DNA of 40,438 nucleotides, from positions 19,295 to 59,732 of the forward strand of contig JBMFOP010000003.1 in the NCBI GenBank assembly GCA_049969675.1. The letters are read 5' to 3'. Of the stretch, positions 18,164 through 28,687 are shown piece by piece (the stretch's first letter is position 1; each line of letters starts with the position of its first letter). This DNA comes from Myxococcota bacterium. GTDB taxonomy: Bacteria > Myxococcota > SpSt-1050. The position numbers and the translations under genes were made by a program. Below the pieces are notes generated by a model. The model ran no database searches, had not been told where the DNA came from, and saw nothing but the letters and a program-made list of their open reading frames with translations.

Positions 18164-19291
18164 TTGAGCCCAAAAGATTCAAATCCAAAAATTGTAGAAA
18201 ATTTGATTAAGTGCGTGAGGTGTGGGCTATGTCTCGGTGCCTGCCCGATATACTCTATTGAGAGAGAGGAGGCATCATCTCCAAGGGGGAGACTGCATAT
18301 AATTGACAGGATTCATAATAAGACTGTTATGAGGGAATTCCTCAATAACTGTCTTTTGTGTGGCAGTTGCAATGATGTCTGTCCCAATGGTGTGGATATT
18401 TCATCTCTCATCCGTGATGTGAGAGAGGAGGAGGGGATAGCACGGGAGATTTATTCATTGATAAAGATAGTACAGGGTCTGGATTTTAGTTCATTTAAGA
18501 TTATCTCAAGAATGCTGAATGTGGATAAAAATATTGGTGGGCTGATAAAATTATTTGCAAAAGGTCGCGCTATTCCAGAACTGTCTTCCAGGAAGATAAT
18601 TTACAGTAATAAGATTGAATCCGGAACGATAGCTATTTTTACTGGTTGTATATCTAAATTATTTTATCCATCAGCAGTGAATAAGATTGCCGAATTTTAT
18701 AGGGAGAGAGGTTATAATGTATATATCCCGGAGGGACAACTCTGTTGTGGCCTGATGAACTATTCGGCTGGTGATACAGAGAAGGCAACAGGATTTATAA
18801 AGAGAAATATTGAGTTATTCTCATCTGAAAATATAGAAAAGATTGTGACTCCCTGTGCAAGCTGTGCATATATGTTGAAGAGGTATGGAGATATTTTCAA
18901 AGGTGGCGAGATTCTCTCAAAGAGGGTGGTTTTACTTGATGAGGATATCTTAAATGAGGTCAAAAAGGGGCTCCAAAGAAGTGGGGTGAGAGTTGCCATT
19001 CACATCCCCTGCCATATCAGAAACTCTAAAGATAAGAGTCTATATAAACAGATGAAGGAGTTGAGAAGTTTAAATAATGTTCGTATTATAGATAGTTGTT
19101 GTGGCTATGGCGGTATCTTTAATATCTACGAATATTCAAAGTCAATCAAGATAGGAGAGAAGATTATCAAAGAGATTCGCGATTCTGAGTTACTTTACAC
19201 ATTCTGTTCGGGATGTTATCTGCAGATTTATGACCTGTTGAATAGATATGGGATAAAGAAAGAGGTCTTAAATCTAACTGAATTACTTTAG
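18164..19291 (+). CDS. Fe-S oxidoreductase subunit, GlcF/HdrD-like (two ferredoxin motifs and two CCG domains)
   Basis: CVRCGLCLGACP, SPRGR, CLLCGSCNDVCP, FTGC, CCG..., PCASC, HIPCH, CCGYGG, CSGC. Confidence 0.85.
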   Translation: MSPKDSNPKIVENLIKCVRCGLCLGACPIYSIEREEASSPRGRLHIIDRIHNKTVMREFLNNCLLCGSCNDVCPNGVDISSLIRDVREEEGIAREIYSLIKIVQGLDFSSFKIISRMLNVDKNIGGLIKLFAKGRAIPELSSRKIIYSNKIESGTIAIFTGCISKLFYPSAVNKIAEFYRERGYNVYIPEGQLCCGLMNYSAGDTEKATGFIKRNIELFSSENIEKIVTPCASCAYMLKRYGDIFKGGEILSKRVVLLDEDILNEVKKGLQRSGVRVAIHIPCHIRNSKDKSLYKQMKELRSLNNVRIIDSCCGYGGIFNIYEYSKSIKIGEKIIKEIRDSELLYTFCSGCYLQIYDLLNRYGIKKEVLNLTELL

Positions 19292-20116
19292 GTTAAGTCT
19301 CTTTTCAGCGAGCTGTCTGATGGATGGGTGGAATGGTCCGGCAACTATTGTCTCTGGACTGATAAGGTTTTCATCATTATGCAGCCCCACACGAATAACT
19401 TTTATATTTGACTCATAAAATCTCCTGAGGGCTATCCCAATTATCTCGGTTGCTTCATTAAGTGTTAATGGTCTATATTTACTGCCAAGGTATAATTGTT
19501 CAAGTTCCGTCCCGCGAAGGACAAGGGTAGGGTGAATCCTCACAAAATTGGGTGATAATTTTATTGTCTCTTCTATACTCGTTATGTCATCTTCAATCGT
19601 GGAGAATGGGAGTCCAAACATCAGATGGAGAGAGCAGATGAAATCTTCTCGCTTTAAGAGGGTAATTGCATCTTTAATATCCTGAGCAGTGTGATTCCGT
19701 TTTATTGCCTTTAATATATTGTCATTGAATGACTGTGCCCCTATTTCAATCGTAGTCACACCATAAGTTTTATATCTGATAAGTAAATCCTTATTGAGTT
19801 TATCAGGTCTGGTAGAGAATCTGATGCCGTCAATCACCCTGTTCTGAATATATGTTTTTAGAACCTCTAATAGTTTTAATTGGCGCTCAATTGAAATTGC
19901 AGTAAAACTACCACCATAGAAAGCAACCTCTATATTTGTAATCTCCCTTGGCTTTTTATAGGAGGTTAGATATCTATGAATTGTCTCATCTATAATTTTA
20001 TTAGATATTGCATCATTCTCGGGGTGCAGAAGTCGCTGATTGCAGTAGATACATCTATGCTCACATCCCTCAAACGGTAAAAATAGTGGGATTATAAGAT
20101 TGTATTCAGGATTCAT
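19283..20116 (-). CDS. Radical SAM protein (Elp3/YhcC-like, rnc-associated)
   Basis: CEHRCIYC motif, EVAFYGGSFT, STRPD, IEIGAQS, RIHPTLVL.GT.L, AGPFHP. Likely start is the ATG at 20116, overlapping the end of rnc. Confidence 0.88.
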   Translation of the reverse strand: MNPEYNLIIPLFLPFEGCEHRCIYCNQRLLHPENDAISNKIIDETIHRYLTSYKKPREITNIEVAFYGGSFTAISIERQLKLLEVLKTYIQNRVIDGIRFSTRPDKLNKDLLIRYKTYGVTTIEIGAQSFNDNILKAIKRNHTAQDIKDAITLLKREDFICSLHLMFGLPFSTIEDDITSIEETIKLSPNFVRIHPTLVLRGTELEQLYLGSKYRPLTLNEATEIIGIALRRFYESNIKVIRVGLHNDENLISPETIVAGPFHPSIRQLAEKRLNLK

Positions 20117-20822
20117 CTTCTGTTGTTCCGGTGAACTGGAAGATAGCCTCTTGTGCAGCCTTCTGTTCTGCCTCTTTCTTCGTCCTCCCTTTCCCTCTGC
20201 CATATTCAGAGCCATTTATCATTATCCTGACTTCAAATGTGCAGTTATGATCAGGCCCTGTCTGATTGATGAGTTCATATGTCGGTGCCACTCTATATTT
20301 CTCCTGACAGAATACAAGAATGGCAGTCTTAAAATCCTGCATCATATCGGTAGATGTAATCTTCTCCAATTCTTCTTTGAAGTGCTTCTTGATTAATTTG
20401 ATAACTGTATTTATATTGCTGTCCAGAAAGATGGCTGCGATAACAGCCTCATAGGCGTCGCTGAGAATGGAGTCCTTCTCATTTCCAGCGGTGAGCCTTT
20501 CCCCTCTTCCCAAAATAATATACTCGTTCAGATGGATATTACGGGCAATTTTACTCAGCTCCTTTTCATTTACAAGTGCAGCGCGGAGGCGGGATAATAG
20601 CCCTTCATTACTATATTCAAATTGTTTGAACAAAATATATGCTATAGCAAAATCTATAATGGAGTCTCCAAGGTACTCAAGTCTCTCATTATTATATTTG
20701 AGTTTCTTTTCATTGGAATATGACTTGTGAGTTAGGGCTTCAAGGAGGAGTTGTTTGTTCTTAAATTTATAGCCTATAGACTTTGATGCCGCTTTCAAGA
20801 TTTGCTCTATAGATTCATCCAT
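20106..20822 (-). CDS. rnc: Ribonuclease III
   Basis: ALTHKS, NERLEYLGDS, SDAYEA, and a C-terminal dsRBD (GPDH..F...G.G.TKKEAEQ.AA). Confidence 0.97.
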   Translation of the reverse strand: MDESIEQILKAASKSIGYKFKNKQLLLEALTHKSYSNEKKLKYNNERLEYLGDSIIDFAIAYILFKQFEYSNEGLLSRLRAALVNEKELSKIARNIHLNEYIILGRGERLTAGNEKDSILSDAYEAVIAAIFLDSNINTVIKLIKKHFKEELEKITSTDMMQDFKTAILVFCQEKYRVAPTYELINQTGPDHNCTFEVRIMINGSEYGRGKGRTKKEAEQKAAQEAIFQFTGTTEDES

Positions 20823-22048
20823 TATAGAATCTCTCCATTTACCTTATTGTTTGAATTAAATGAGAGGAGCCTTGCTCTATACATCTTCCCCTTCCTAAGG
20901 CTGGTATCCTGAATGATGACCTGAATATAATTGTGTGTCAATCCAGTTGAATTTATGTTATTATCGGTGATAATTATATCCATAACTTTCCCTAAATTTC
21001 TTTTTATCATATTGTGTCTCTTTTCAAAAGAGATTTTTAAGAGTCTATCTGACCTATTCTTTATCTCTGTGGAGTTAGAGACCCCTTTCATAGAGAAGGC
21101 GGCTGTTCCTTCTCTTCGTGAATATCTGAAGATATGCATATAATCTATCGGTTCATTTAAGACAAATCTCTCGGTTTCAGCAAAATCCTGCTCTGTCTCA
21201 GTCGGAAATCCTACAATTATATCTGTCCCTATTGTTGCCTCTGGCATATATTTTTTGATTGATGATAAGACTGAGATGTACCGGGATATGTCATAATCCC
21301 GATTCATATCTCTTAAGACCTTACCTGAACCGCTTTGAAGAGGTATGTGAAAGTGCTGGCAGAGTTTTCTATATTCGGATAGTCTTTTGATATTTTCTTC
21401 TTTGAGTCCAAAGGGTTCAATAGAGCTGAGTCTTACTCTGAAATTGTAATTGAGTCTTTCAATATCTGAGAGTAGTTGGAAGATATCTGTCTTTGAGTGT
21501 GGGTCCTCATATAACATCAGATGAGTTCCCACAAGAACAATCTCCTGATACCCATTTATGAGTGCATATTCAATCTGATTCAGGATTCTATCTCTTTCAA
21601 TGCTTATAGGAGCGCCTCGTAAGAATGGAACGATGCAATATGCACAGAACCTGTTACATCCCTCCTGAATCTTTATAAATGGTCTGGACCTGTTAAAATA
21701 AGGGTTATCAACCTTTTCACCTGAGAGTCCCAATATTTTTGGGATGTCATTCAAAGGGGCAATCTTTACAAAGGGTATATCCTGTAATCTTGATAGAAAT
21801 GACTCTGACCTGATAGAGCAGCCTGTGATAATTATCTGTATGTTATGGTTGAGATTGTAATATCTTCTGGCTATCTGTCTGCACTCCCTCTCAGCCCTGT
21901 GAGTTACCGAGCAGGAATTGATTATAAATATCTCAGCCTCTTCTGGCTTCATGGCAATTGAATGACCGTTATTTCTCAGCAGTGTGGCAATATGAGAGCT
22001 ATCAGAAAAATTTACCTTGCAACCGAGTGTCTCTATATATACCTTCAC
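20822..22048 (-). CDS. mtaB: tRNA t6A37 methylthiotransferase (MiaB-like radical SAM)
   Basis: TLGCKVN..DS, INSCSVT, KIQEGCNRFCAYC, RLSSIEP, HIPLQSGS, H.F.YS.R.GT.A. Confidence 0.88.
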   Translation of the reverse strand: MKVYIETLGCKVNFSDSSHIATLLRNNGHSIAMKPEEAEIFIINSCSVTHRAERECRQIARRYYNLNHNIQIIITGCSIRSESFLSRLQDIPFVKIAPLNDIPKILGLSGEKVDNPYFNRSRPFIKIQEGCNRFCAYCIVPFLRGAPISIERDRILNQIEYALINGYQEIVLVGTHLMLYEDPHSKTDIFQLLSDIERLNYNFRVRLSSIEPFGLKEENIKRLSEYRKLCQHFHIPLQSGSGKVLRDMNRDYDISRYISVLSSIKKYMPEATIGTDIIVGFPTETEQDFAETERFVLNEPIDYMHIFRYSRREGTAAFSMKGVSNSTEIKNRSDRLLKISFEKRHNMIKRNLGKVMDIIITDNNINSTGLTHNYIQVIIQDTSLRKGKMYRARLLSFNSNNKVNGEIL

Positions 22049-23133
22049 TTTATTACCTCTTTTATGACCCCTCCACCTACTACTATATCATCAAGGTAGA
22101 ATACAGCAGATTGCCCGGGTGTGACAGCCCTTATCTTATTTACAGTCCTTACAAGTAGTCTGTTTTCATCAATCTTTATGACATAGCACTCCTCATCCTT
22201 TGCCATATATCTGATTCTGACTTTCAGCCCTTTGATATCCTCAATTGGGGTTGTGTTAAAAATTATATTATTGTTTTCTGTTATGAATTCGTTTGAGTAT
22301 AATTCTCTCTCCTCTCCGACAATTACCTCCTTTATCTTTGCATTAATATCAATGACATAAAGAGGCCTGTCGCTGGATATATTCAGTCCCCGTCGCTGTC
22401 CAATTGTATATTTGAAAAAACCTTTATGTCTGCCGAGTATCTTACCATTGGTCTTGACTATCCTGCCTCCCATATCCTCTTTAATATTTTTTTCTATAAA
22501 GTTTGAATAATTATTATCAGGGACAAAACATATCTCATGTGATTCTCGCTTCTGATAAACATTAAGCCCATTCTCTTTAGCAATTTTCTTTACATCCTCT
22601 TTTGTGAAGTCCCCCAATGGGAAGAGAATTTTCTCAAGTTGTCTTAATGAGAGTCTGTAAAGAAAATAACTCTGGTCCTTTTGCCGGTCTCTTCCTTTTT
22701 TTAATACTCTCTGACTATCATAAAGTTCATTTATTGCATAATGCCCTGTGGCTACATAGTCGGCACCGACAGATAGTGCAAAGTTTAACATCTCACCAAA
22801 TTTGATATATTCATTACAGATTACACAGGGGTTTGGTGTCCTTCCATTTAGATATTCTTTGATAAAATAATCAATTACAATCTTTTGAAATCTCTCCCGA
22901 TAATTCAGAACATAGAATGGTATATTGAGCCTTGCCGCAACCCCCCTTGCATCATATACATCCTCCGGGGAACAACAGACGCCTTTTAATTCACAATCCT
23001 GAAACGGAGAATAATCGAAGACCTGCAACGAGAGACCAATTACATTAAATTCCTTTTTTAATAGGAGGGCAGCTACACTTGAATCAACTCCTCCACTCAT
23101 ACCTACAATAACTGTCTTCCTCTTTTTGCTCAA
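22045..23133 (-). CDS. mnmA: tRNA 2-thiouridine(34) synthase
   Basis: MSGGVDSS, TPNPCVICN, ATGHY, KDQSYFL, ES.EICF, YTIGQRRGL, TPGQ. Confidence 0.97.
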   Translation of the reverse strand: MSKKRKTVIVGMSGGVDSSVAALLLKKEFNVIGLSLQVFDYSPFQDCELKGVCCSPEDVYDARGVAARLNIPFYVLNYRERFQKIVIDYFIKEYLNGRTPNPCVICNEYIKFGEMLNFALSVGADYVATGHYAINELYDSQRVLKKGRDRQKDQSYFLYRLSLRQLEKILFPLGDFTKEDVKKIAKENGLNVYQKRESHEICFVPDNNYSNFIEKNIKEDMGGRIVKTNGKILGRHKGFFKYTIGQRRGLNISSDRPLYVIDINAKIKEVIVGEERELYSNEFITENNNIIFNTTPIEDIKGLKVRIRYMAKDEECYVIKIDENRLLVRTVNKIRAVTPGQSAVFYLDDIVVGGGVIKEVIK

Positions 23134-23186
23134 CTCTTGCCTGATATCTATATGAGGGTTAATAGGATGTAGTTCATTATATTGTG

Positions 23187-23558
23187 TTATTTATTATTCT
23201 TTCTTTTGTAATCTTCAATAGCCGCATGAAGTGCATCAGCTGCTAAATTTGAGCAGTGCATCTTAATAGGTGGAAGCCCATCCAGAGCCTCAGCAACCTG
23301 TCTATTTGATACAGTGAGAGCCTCCTCCAATGTCTTACCCTTAACCATCTCCGTAACCATAGAGCTTGTAGCAATCGCCGCACCACATCCAAATGTCTTG
23401 AACTTTATGTCTTCAATTCGGTTATCCTTGACTTTTATGTATATTTTCATAATATCGCCACAGGCTGGATTTCCTACTTCCCCTATCCCGTCGGCATCCT
23501 GAATCTCCCCTACATTCCTCGGATTTTTGAAATGGTCCATTACCTTTTCAGAATACAT
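23187..23558 (-). CDS. nifU: Fe-S cluster assembly scaffold NifU/IscU
   Basis: MYSEKVMDHF.NPRNVG, GNPACGD, FGCGAAIA, KMHCSNL. Confidence 0.95.
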   Translation of the reverse strand: MYSEKVMDHFKNPRNVGEIQDADGIGEVGNPACGDIMKIYIKVKDNRIEDIKFKTFGCGAAIATSSMVTEMVKGKTLEEALTVSNRQVAEALDGLPPIKMHCSNLAADALHAAIEDYKRKNNK

Positions 23559-23585
23559 ATTACACCTCTTAATATTTTGATGCTA

Positions 23586-24311
23586 TTATTCACTCTGGGT
23601 TTCATCTCTCTTCTCAGAAAATACAACAATTCTGGCTTTTTTTCTCCTCTTTTGCTCCGCTGATTTTTCAAGTTTTTTTACCTTGAGTTCCAACTTTCTT
23701 ATCTGTTCAGCCATACATCTAATAGCATTTGCCTCAGGGTCTGGTATATCTGTATGTTCTATATCGTATTTTGCATCAATGGCTCTCTTATGAACTATGC
23801 GGCCAGGTACACCTATCACAGATGACTCAGGTGGTACTTCCTTAATTACCACAGAGCCTGCACCGATCTTTGAATTTTTACCTATCCTGAACGGCCCTAA
23901 AATTGCCGCACCAGCCCCAACGACTACATTCTCCTCAAGGGTTGGGTGTCTCTTTTCCTTTTTCCAGGAAGTTCCGCCCAGAGTGACCTGATGATATAGT
24001 GTACAATCATCACCTATCTCGGCTGTCTCTCCAATTACAACTCCCATCCCGTGGTCAATAAAGACCCTTCTGCCTATCTTTGCACCCGGATGAATCTCAA
24101 TACCGGTTATGAATCTCACAAATTGTGAAAGTAATCTCGCAGGGGTTTTTATGTTCTTCTCCCAGAGATAATGAGTAATCCTGTGTGCCCATATTGCATG
24201 TAATCCGGGATAACATAAAAATACCTCAATCGGATTCCTCGCCGCCGGGTCTCTGGCAAATACCGAATCTATATCTTCTCTCACATCTTTAATAAACGAA
24301 ATTATACCCAT
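23586..24311 (-). CDS. cysE: Serine O-acetyltransferase
   Basis: [49 protein letters not shown] favours the ATG at 24311. Confidence 0.96.
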   Translation of the reverse strand: MGIISFIKDVREDIDSVFARDPAARNPIEVFLCYPGLHAIWAHRITHYLWEKNIKTPARLLSQFVRFITGIEIHPGAKIGRRVFIDHGMGVVIGETAEIGDDCTLYHQVTLGGTSWKKEKRHPTLEENVVVGAGAAILGPFRIGKNSKIGAGSVVIKEVPPESSVIGVPGRIVHKRAIDAKYDIEHTDIPDPEANAIRCMAEQIRKLELKVKKLEKSAEQKRRKKARIVVFSEKRDETQSE

Positions 24312-24370
24312 CAACACCTCACTAAGGTATATTTTTAATACTATAAAAATAAAATGTCAATAGGATGAAT

Positions 24371-26389
24371 TTATTGTTCTATGAATGGCTTGAGCAATTT
24401 TGCCCTGCTTGGGTGTCTGAGTTTTCTGAGAGATTTTGCCTCAATCTGTCTTATCCTCTCCCTCGTGACATCAAAGTCTCTTCCTACCTCTTCAAGTGTA
24501 TGGTCCCCATGTTCACCTATTCCAAATCGCATCCTCAATACCTTCTCTTCGCGCGGGGTCAAAGTCCCGAGTGCCTTCCTTACCTGCTCTATTAGATTGA
24601 CATTGATTATTGAGTCCTGTGGATTGAGAACCTGCTTATCTTCTATAAAATCTCCAAGATGTGAATCCTCCTCTTCACCTATTGGTGTCTCCAGTGAGAG
24701 AGGCTCTTTGGCGATTTTTAAGACCTTTCTCACCTTATCTATTGGGAGTTCCATCTTGTTTGCTATCTCTTCTGGAGTAGGTTCTCTGCCCAGTTCCTGA
24801 ACCAGATATCTACTTGTGCGAATAATCTTGTTGATGGTCTCAATCATATGAACTGGTATTCTTATTGTACGTGCCTGATCCGCAATTGCCCTTGTAATTG
24901 CCTGTCTTATCCACCATGTAGCATAGGTGGAAAATTTATATCCTCTCTTATACTCAAACTTCTCAACCGCCTTCATCAATCCGATATTCCCTTCCTGAAT
25001 CAGGTCCAGAAATTGCAAACCCCTGTTGGTGTATTTCTTTGCAATTGAGACTACAAGTCTGAGATTTGATTCAATGAGCTGTGTCTTGGCTGCCTCTGCC
25101 TCCTGTTGACCTTCACGGGCATGTTTGCATTGCTCATGGAGAAATTTCATATAACGATTTATGTTGGATTCGTTTATCGGGGTATCAAAGATGATAGATA
25201 GCAACGCTGCCTCCTGATTAAAAAGCTCCTTAAATGTCAATAACTCTTTCTCCCGTGGATATTTCTTGATATTAGACCTGACTTTTTTTATTAGAAGTGC
25301 AGGTCTTAATGCCAGTCTCCGTATGTCATCAATACATACCCCTGTCTCTTCTGAAACCTCCTGATATCTATTTTCAATTTCAGTTATCTTTTTATAGTTT
25401 TCGAGGAGCATAGAAACGATTCTATCTACCTGCTTTTTGGTGAGTCTTATCTCAGCTATAATCTCAGCTATATTATTTCTAATGGTCTCAAACTTTTTTA
25501 GCCTCTTCTCATCCATACTCTCGGAAGATGAGAACATTGCCTTGAATTCTCTGCTCAGATCCTTATGGAGGGCGTTTAATTTTTTCGTATATGCCGCTAT
25601 CTGATTGATTGCTGCCTCTTCATCAAACTCTACATCTTCCTCATCATAATCCTTCACCGCATCTTTAAGTCTGAGGCTCTTTTTAAGTATCCCATCACAT
25701 ATAATAAAAACCTCCTTCATTGTAAAGGGGAGTGAGGCTATGGTTGAAAATATCTTCTTCTCCCCACTTTCAATCTTTTTGGAGATCTCAATCTCCCCTT
25801 CACGAGATAGCAAGGCGACAGAGCCCATCTTTCTCAGATATAATCTTACAGGGTCATTTGCACGGGTAAATCCCTCTTCAAGGTCAATATCCTCCTCTTC
25901 CTCCTCTTCATCCTTTGCAGATTGCTTTAGCTTTATATTTGAGCTGGAATCTACAATCTCAATATCCTGTTCTCCGAAGACAGACATTACATCATCAAGT
26001 TGTTCTGCAGAAGCTACATCCGGTGGTAAATAATTGTTTACCTCGTCATAAGTTAGAAATCCTTTGGATTTGCCAAGTGATATCAGGTCCTGAAGTTCTT
26101 TTGAGAGATTATCAATATTGTGTTGTTTGGGTGCCTTTTCTTTGGTTATATCTGTCTTTTCATTCCTGGCTGATACCGTGGGCTTTATAGTTTTTTTTGT
26201 ATCTTCTATTTGAGGAACGGTCTTTGCAGCTTTGATATTCCCCTTTGGTTGTGCCTTCAAACCTGAGTCCTTTTTTATTGCCTGTTTCACCGCAGGCTTT
26301 GCAGTTGTTCCCTTCTTTGAAGCAGTTGTAACTGCCTGTTTTACTGATTTGTTAGATGATCGTGCCTTTCTGACATTTTTCTTATCCAT
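24371..26389 (-). CDS. rpoD: RNA polymerase primary sigma factor
   Basis: [59 protein letters not shown]. Lys/Ala-rich N-terminal extension. Confidence 0.98.
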   Translation of the reverse strand: MDKKNVRKARSSNKSVKQAVTTASKKGTTAKPAVKQAIKKDSGLKAQPKGNIKAAKTVPQIEDTKKTIKPTVSARNEKTDITKEKAPKQHNIDNLSKELQDLISLGKSKGFLTYDEVNNYLPPDVASAEQLDDVMSVFGEQDIEIVDSSSNIKLKQSAKDEEEEEEDIDLEEGFTRANDPVRLYLRKMGSVALLSREGEIEISKKIESGEKKIFSTIASLPFTMKEVFIICDGILKKSLRLKDAVKDYDEEDVEFDEEAAINQIAAYTKKLNALHKDLSREFKAMFSSSESMDEKRLKKFETIRNNIAEIIAEIRLTKKQVDRIVSMLLENYKKITEIENRYQEVSEETGVCIDDIRRLALRPALLIKKVRSNIKKYPREKELLTFKELFNQEAALLSIIFDTPINESNINRYMKFLHEQCKHAREGQQEAEAAKTQLIESNLRLVVSIAKKYTNRGLQFLDLIQEGNIGLMKAVEKFEYKRGYKFSTYATWWIRQAITRAIADQARTIRIPVHMIETINKIIRTSRYLVQELGREPTPEEIANKMELPIDKVRKVLKIAKEPLSLETPIGEEEDSHLGDFIEDKQVLNPQDSIINVNLIEQVRKALGTLTPREEKVLRMRFGIGEHGDHTLEEVGRDFDVTRERIRQIEAKSLRKLRHPSRAKLLKPFIEQ

Positions 26390-28136
26390 ACTTTATCTCC
26401 CTTAATTGAATTGATTTTGATAACTCAATTTTCTTTTTAATAAGACTATTTAATATATTCTCATCACCCCTCTTTTTGGCGAGATGAATATTTGCATCAA
26501 TCTCTTTCAGGTCCCTTTTGAGTTTATCTATCTGTATTCTATGAATGCAGTCTAAAAGTAGAGAGAAGGCGTCAGACTCATTGTTGGGGAAGGTCTGGCT
26601 CATCATAACCTCTGTAATTGCTGGAAAGAGCTTTGAGTCTTGTAGATTTATAGTTCCTTCCATTCCACTCCTATATTGGGAAGATATCTCTTTATAGGTA
26701 TCAGCTATCTCCCTTGATTCTATTAGATTAAGGATATCCTCTGGAAGATTCTCAAGGAGGTTTGGAAATTGGAATAAGATTGAGATTAGCCAGATTTCAT
26801 AGCTCTTGTATTTACTGATTGTTTTAGAGGCGATGTTCACTGTATCCTTCCTCAAAGTTCCTTTAAGATAGCTGTATATGACATCTTCTTCGGTATCAAT
26901 CTCCTTTGAGATAGCCCTTATTGCCTCTCGTTGTTCAAGGATATCTGGCAGGAGTTGAATATATGAAAGCATCTTCTTGATAAATGTTGCCCTCATATGT
27001 GGTTTCTGATTGATAACCCTTTTGACATCCCGTGCAAGATAGAGTAAGAATGGTGTGCTTGCTTTGAGGATCTCTGAGAATCCCTGATAACCTTCCCTCC
27101 TGACAAATGTATCCGGGTCGTCTCTCTCTGGAAGGGATATAATGTAAATATTTAGTCCGGAAGGCAAAAGGGTCTTTACAGCTTTATATATGGCGGATCT
27201 CCCTGCACTATCACCATCAAAACAGAGAAAAATATCTTTCGTCAATCTCTTAATCAGTCTTGCATGAGATTGTGTGAAAGCAGTCCCACAGGTGGCAACG
27301 ACATTATAGATATTTGCCCCATTTAAGGATATAAGGTCAAAGTATCCCTCAACAACTATTAAGTATCCCGCCTTATGTATATATCTTGAAGCAATATTCA
27401 ATCCATATAAAAAAGAATTTTTATGATAAATTGGAGATTCCGGACTATTGATGTATTTGGAGGAATCACCCCTGTTATCAAGATTTCTGCCAGCAAAGGC
27501 TATTACCTTCCTGTCAATATCTATAAGTGGGATAATAAGCCTTCTTGAGAATCTATCCTGAGGACTTAAATGAGAACCGGAGAAGATACCAGAATCCATT
27601 AAATCTTCAACTGAAAAGCCCAGCTTTAATAACTTATTATAGAGTTGAGATGAATCTGCGGGTGAATAACCGAGATTATGTTCAATGATAAGATTTTCGG
27701 TGATGCCTCTTTTTTTAAGATAGTTTAGAGCATCTGAGCCCTCTTCCGAATAGAGCGATTGATGGTAGTATTTCATAGCCTCATGGTGGATAGAAATAAG
27801 GCGGTTCTTCTTGAGAGATACCTCATCCATCTCTTGGTCTATATCTATTGCTATACCTTTCTCCTGTGCCAGTTCACGAACAACCTGATAAAAGCCCTTT
27901 GATTCAATCTTAGAGAGAAAGTTGAAGAGATTACCTCCCTCTCCGCATCCAAAGCAGTGAAATATCTTCTTCTCCCTGCTCACAACAAAGGAGGGTGTCT
28001 TCTCCTTATGAAAGGGACAGAGCCCCATATAATTAGAACCCCTTTTTTTAAGTGTAACATAGCGGGAAATATAATCTACAATATCACACCTATCCCTTAA
28101 CTCATTAATCACATTTTCAGGGATACGATTTCCCAA
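26382..28136 (-). CDS. dnaG: DNA primase
   Basis: [17 protein letters not shown] zinc finger, [28 protein letters not shown] start. Confidence 0.97.
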   Translation of the reverse strand: MGNRIPENVINELRDRCDIVDYISRYVTLKKRGSNYMGLCPFHKEKTPSFVVSREKKIFHCFGCGEGGNLFNFLSKIESKGFYQVVRELAQEKGIAIDIDQEMDEVSLKKNRLISIHHEAMKYYHQSLYSEEGSDALNYLKKRGITENLIIEHNLGYSPADSSQLYNKLLKLGFSVEDLMDSGIFSGSHLSPQDRFSRRLIIPLIDIDRKVIAFAGRNLDNRGDSSKYINSPESPIYHKNSFLYGLNIASRYIHKAGYLIVVEGYFDLISLNGANIYNVVATCGTAFTQSHARLIKRLTKDIFLCFDGDSAGRSAIYKAVKTLLPSGLNIYIISLPERDDPDTFVRREGYQGFSEILKASTPFLLYLARDVKRVINQKPHMRATFIKKMLSYIQLLPDILEQREAIRAISKEIDTEEDVIYSYLKGTLRKDTVNIASKTISKYKSYEIWLISILFQFPNLLENLPEDILNLIESREIADTYKEISSQYRSGMEGTINLQDSKLFPAITEVMMSQTFPNNESDAFSLLLDCIHRIQIDKLKRDLKEIDANIHLAKKRGDENILNSLIKKKIELSKSIQLREIKYG

Positions 28137-28182
28137 ATCCCTCTCCTCTATAAGGATGGAACTACTTTTTTAGTGATAAAGA

Positions 28183-28368
28183 TTATCTGCCTCTCTTGGC
28201 AGCCCTCTTCCTTGCTGCTATTGCCTTTTTCTTTCTCTTTACGCTGGGTTTCTCATAATGCTCTCTTTTGCGGAGTTCGGAAAGGATTCCGGCCTTTTCT
28301 ATCTGTTTCTTAAATCTTCTCATCGCGCTTTCAAAACTTTCACCTTCTCTAACTTTTACTCCTGGCAT
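28183..28368 (-). CDS. rpsU: 30S ribosomal protein S21
   Basis: [21 protein letters not shown]...[20 protein letters not shown] places the start at 28368. Confidence 0.96.
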   Translation of the reverse strand: MPGVKVREGESFESAMRRFKKQIEKAGILSELRKREHYEKPSVKRKKKAIAARKRAAKRGR

Positions 28369-28399
28369 TAAATAAGCCTCCTCTAATAAAGAGTCAGTA

Positions 28400-28427
28400 A
28401 TTATAATCATTTAAATATATTTGTCAA
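28400..28427 (-). promoter_or_regulatory. Consensus sigma70 promoter of the rpsU-dnaG-rpoD operon
   Basis: TTGACA (28427-28422)-N16-TATAAT (28405-28400). Confidence 0.8.
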
Positions 28428-28460
28428 TCTCTTTTTAAAACATTGAAGAAATTGTGAGAG

Positions 28461-28565
28461 ATTCTTAAAGGTCCAGATATCCCGGCCCCTTTTAAGTTGG
28501 GGTCAGATTCTATCTGGGTGAGAATGTTTGTTTTTAACCGTCCTTGATTCCCCGCTTAGAGGGGA
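28461..28565. other. GC-richer intergenic stem-loop pair of unknown function
   Basis: ATTCTTA/TGAGAAT, CCAGATA/TATCTGG and GGCCCC/GGGGTC form a nested 65-nt hairpin (28461-28525). A second hairpin TCCCC-GCTTAGA-GGGGA lies at 28549-28565. Confidence 0.5.
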
Positions 28566-28598
28566 TATGTTTTTCAATAAAAGAATTTAAGAAAATTC

Positions 28599-28652
28599 TT
28601 GACAACTCAATAGATTGTGTGTATTCATTGCCCTACCCACAAGATATAGTGG
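28599..28652 (+). promoter_or_regulatory. nrdJ promoter with tandem NrdR boxes
   Basis: TTGACA at 28599-28604. ACTCAATAGATTGTGT (28605-28620) and CCACAAGATATAGTGG (28637-28652) match acaCwAtATaTwGtgt and start 32 bp apart. Confidence 0.85.
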
Positions 28653-28687
28653 TGACAGGGAATAACAATAAACCGAGGAGGTCCTTG

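Noticed and set aside
28441..28687. Cobalamin riboswitch upstream of the B12-dependent nrdJ
   Set aside because: No B12-box or GCCACTG-type conserved elements, and the hairpins lie upstream of the predicted promoter.
28544..28687. N-terminal extension of NrdJ in the ORF track
   Set aside because: It overlaps the promoter and NrdR boxes. The RBS supports ATG 28688.
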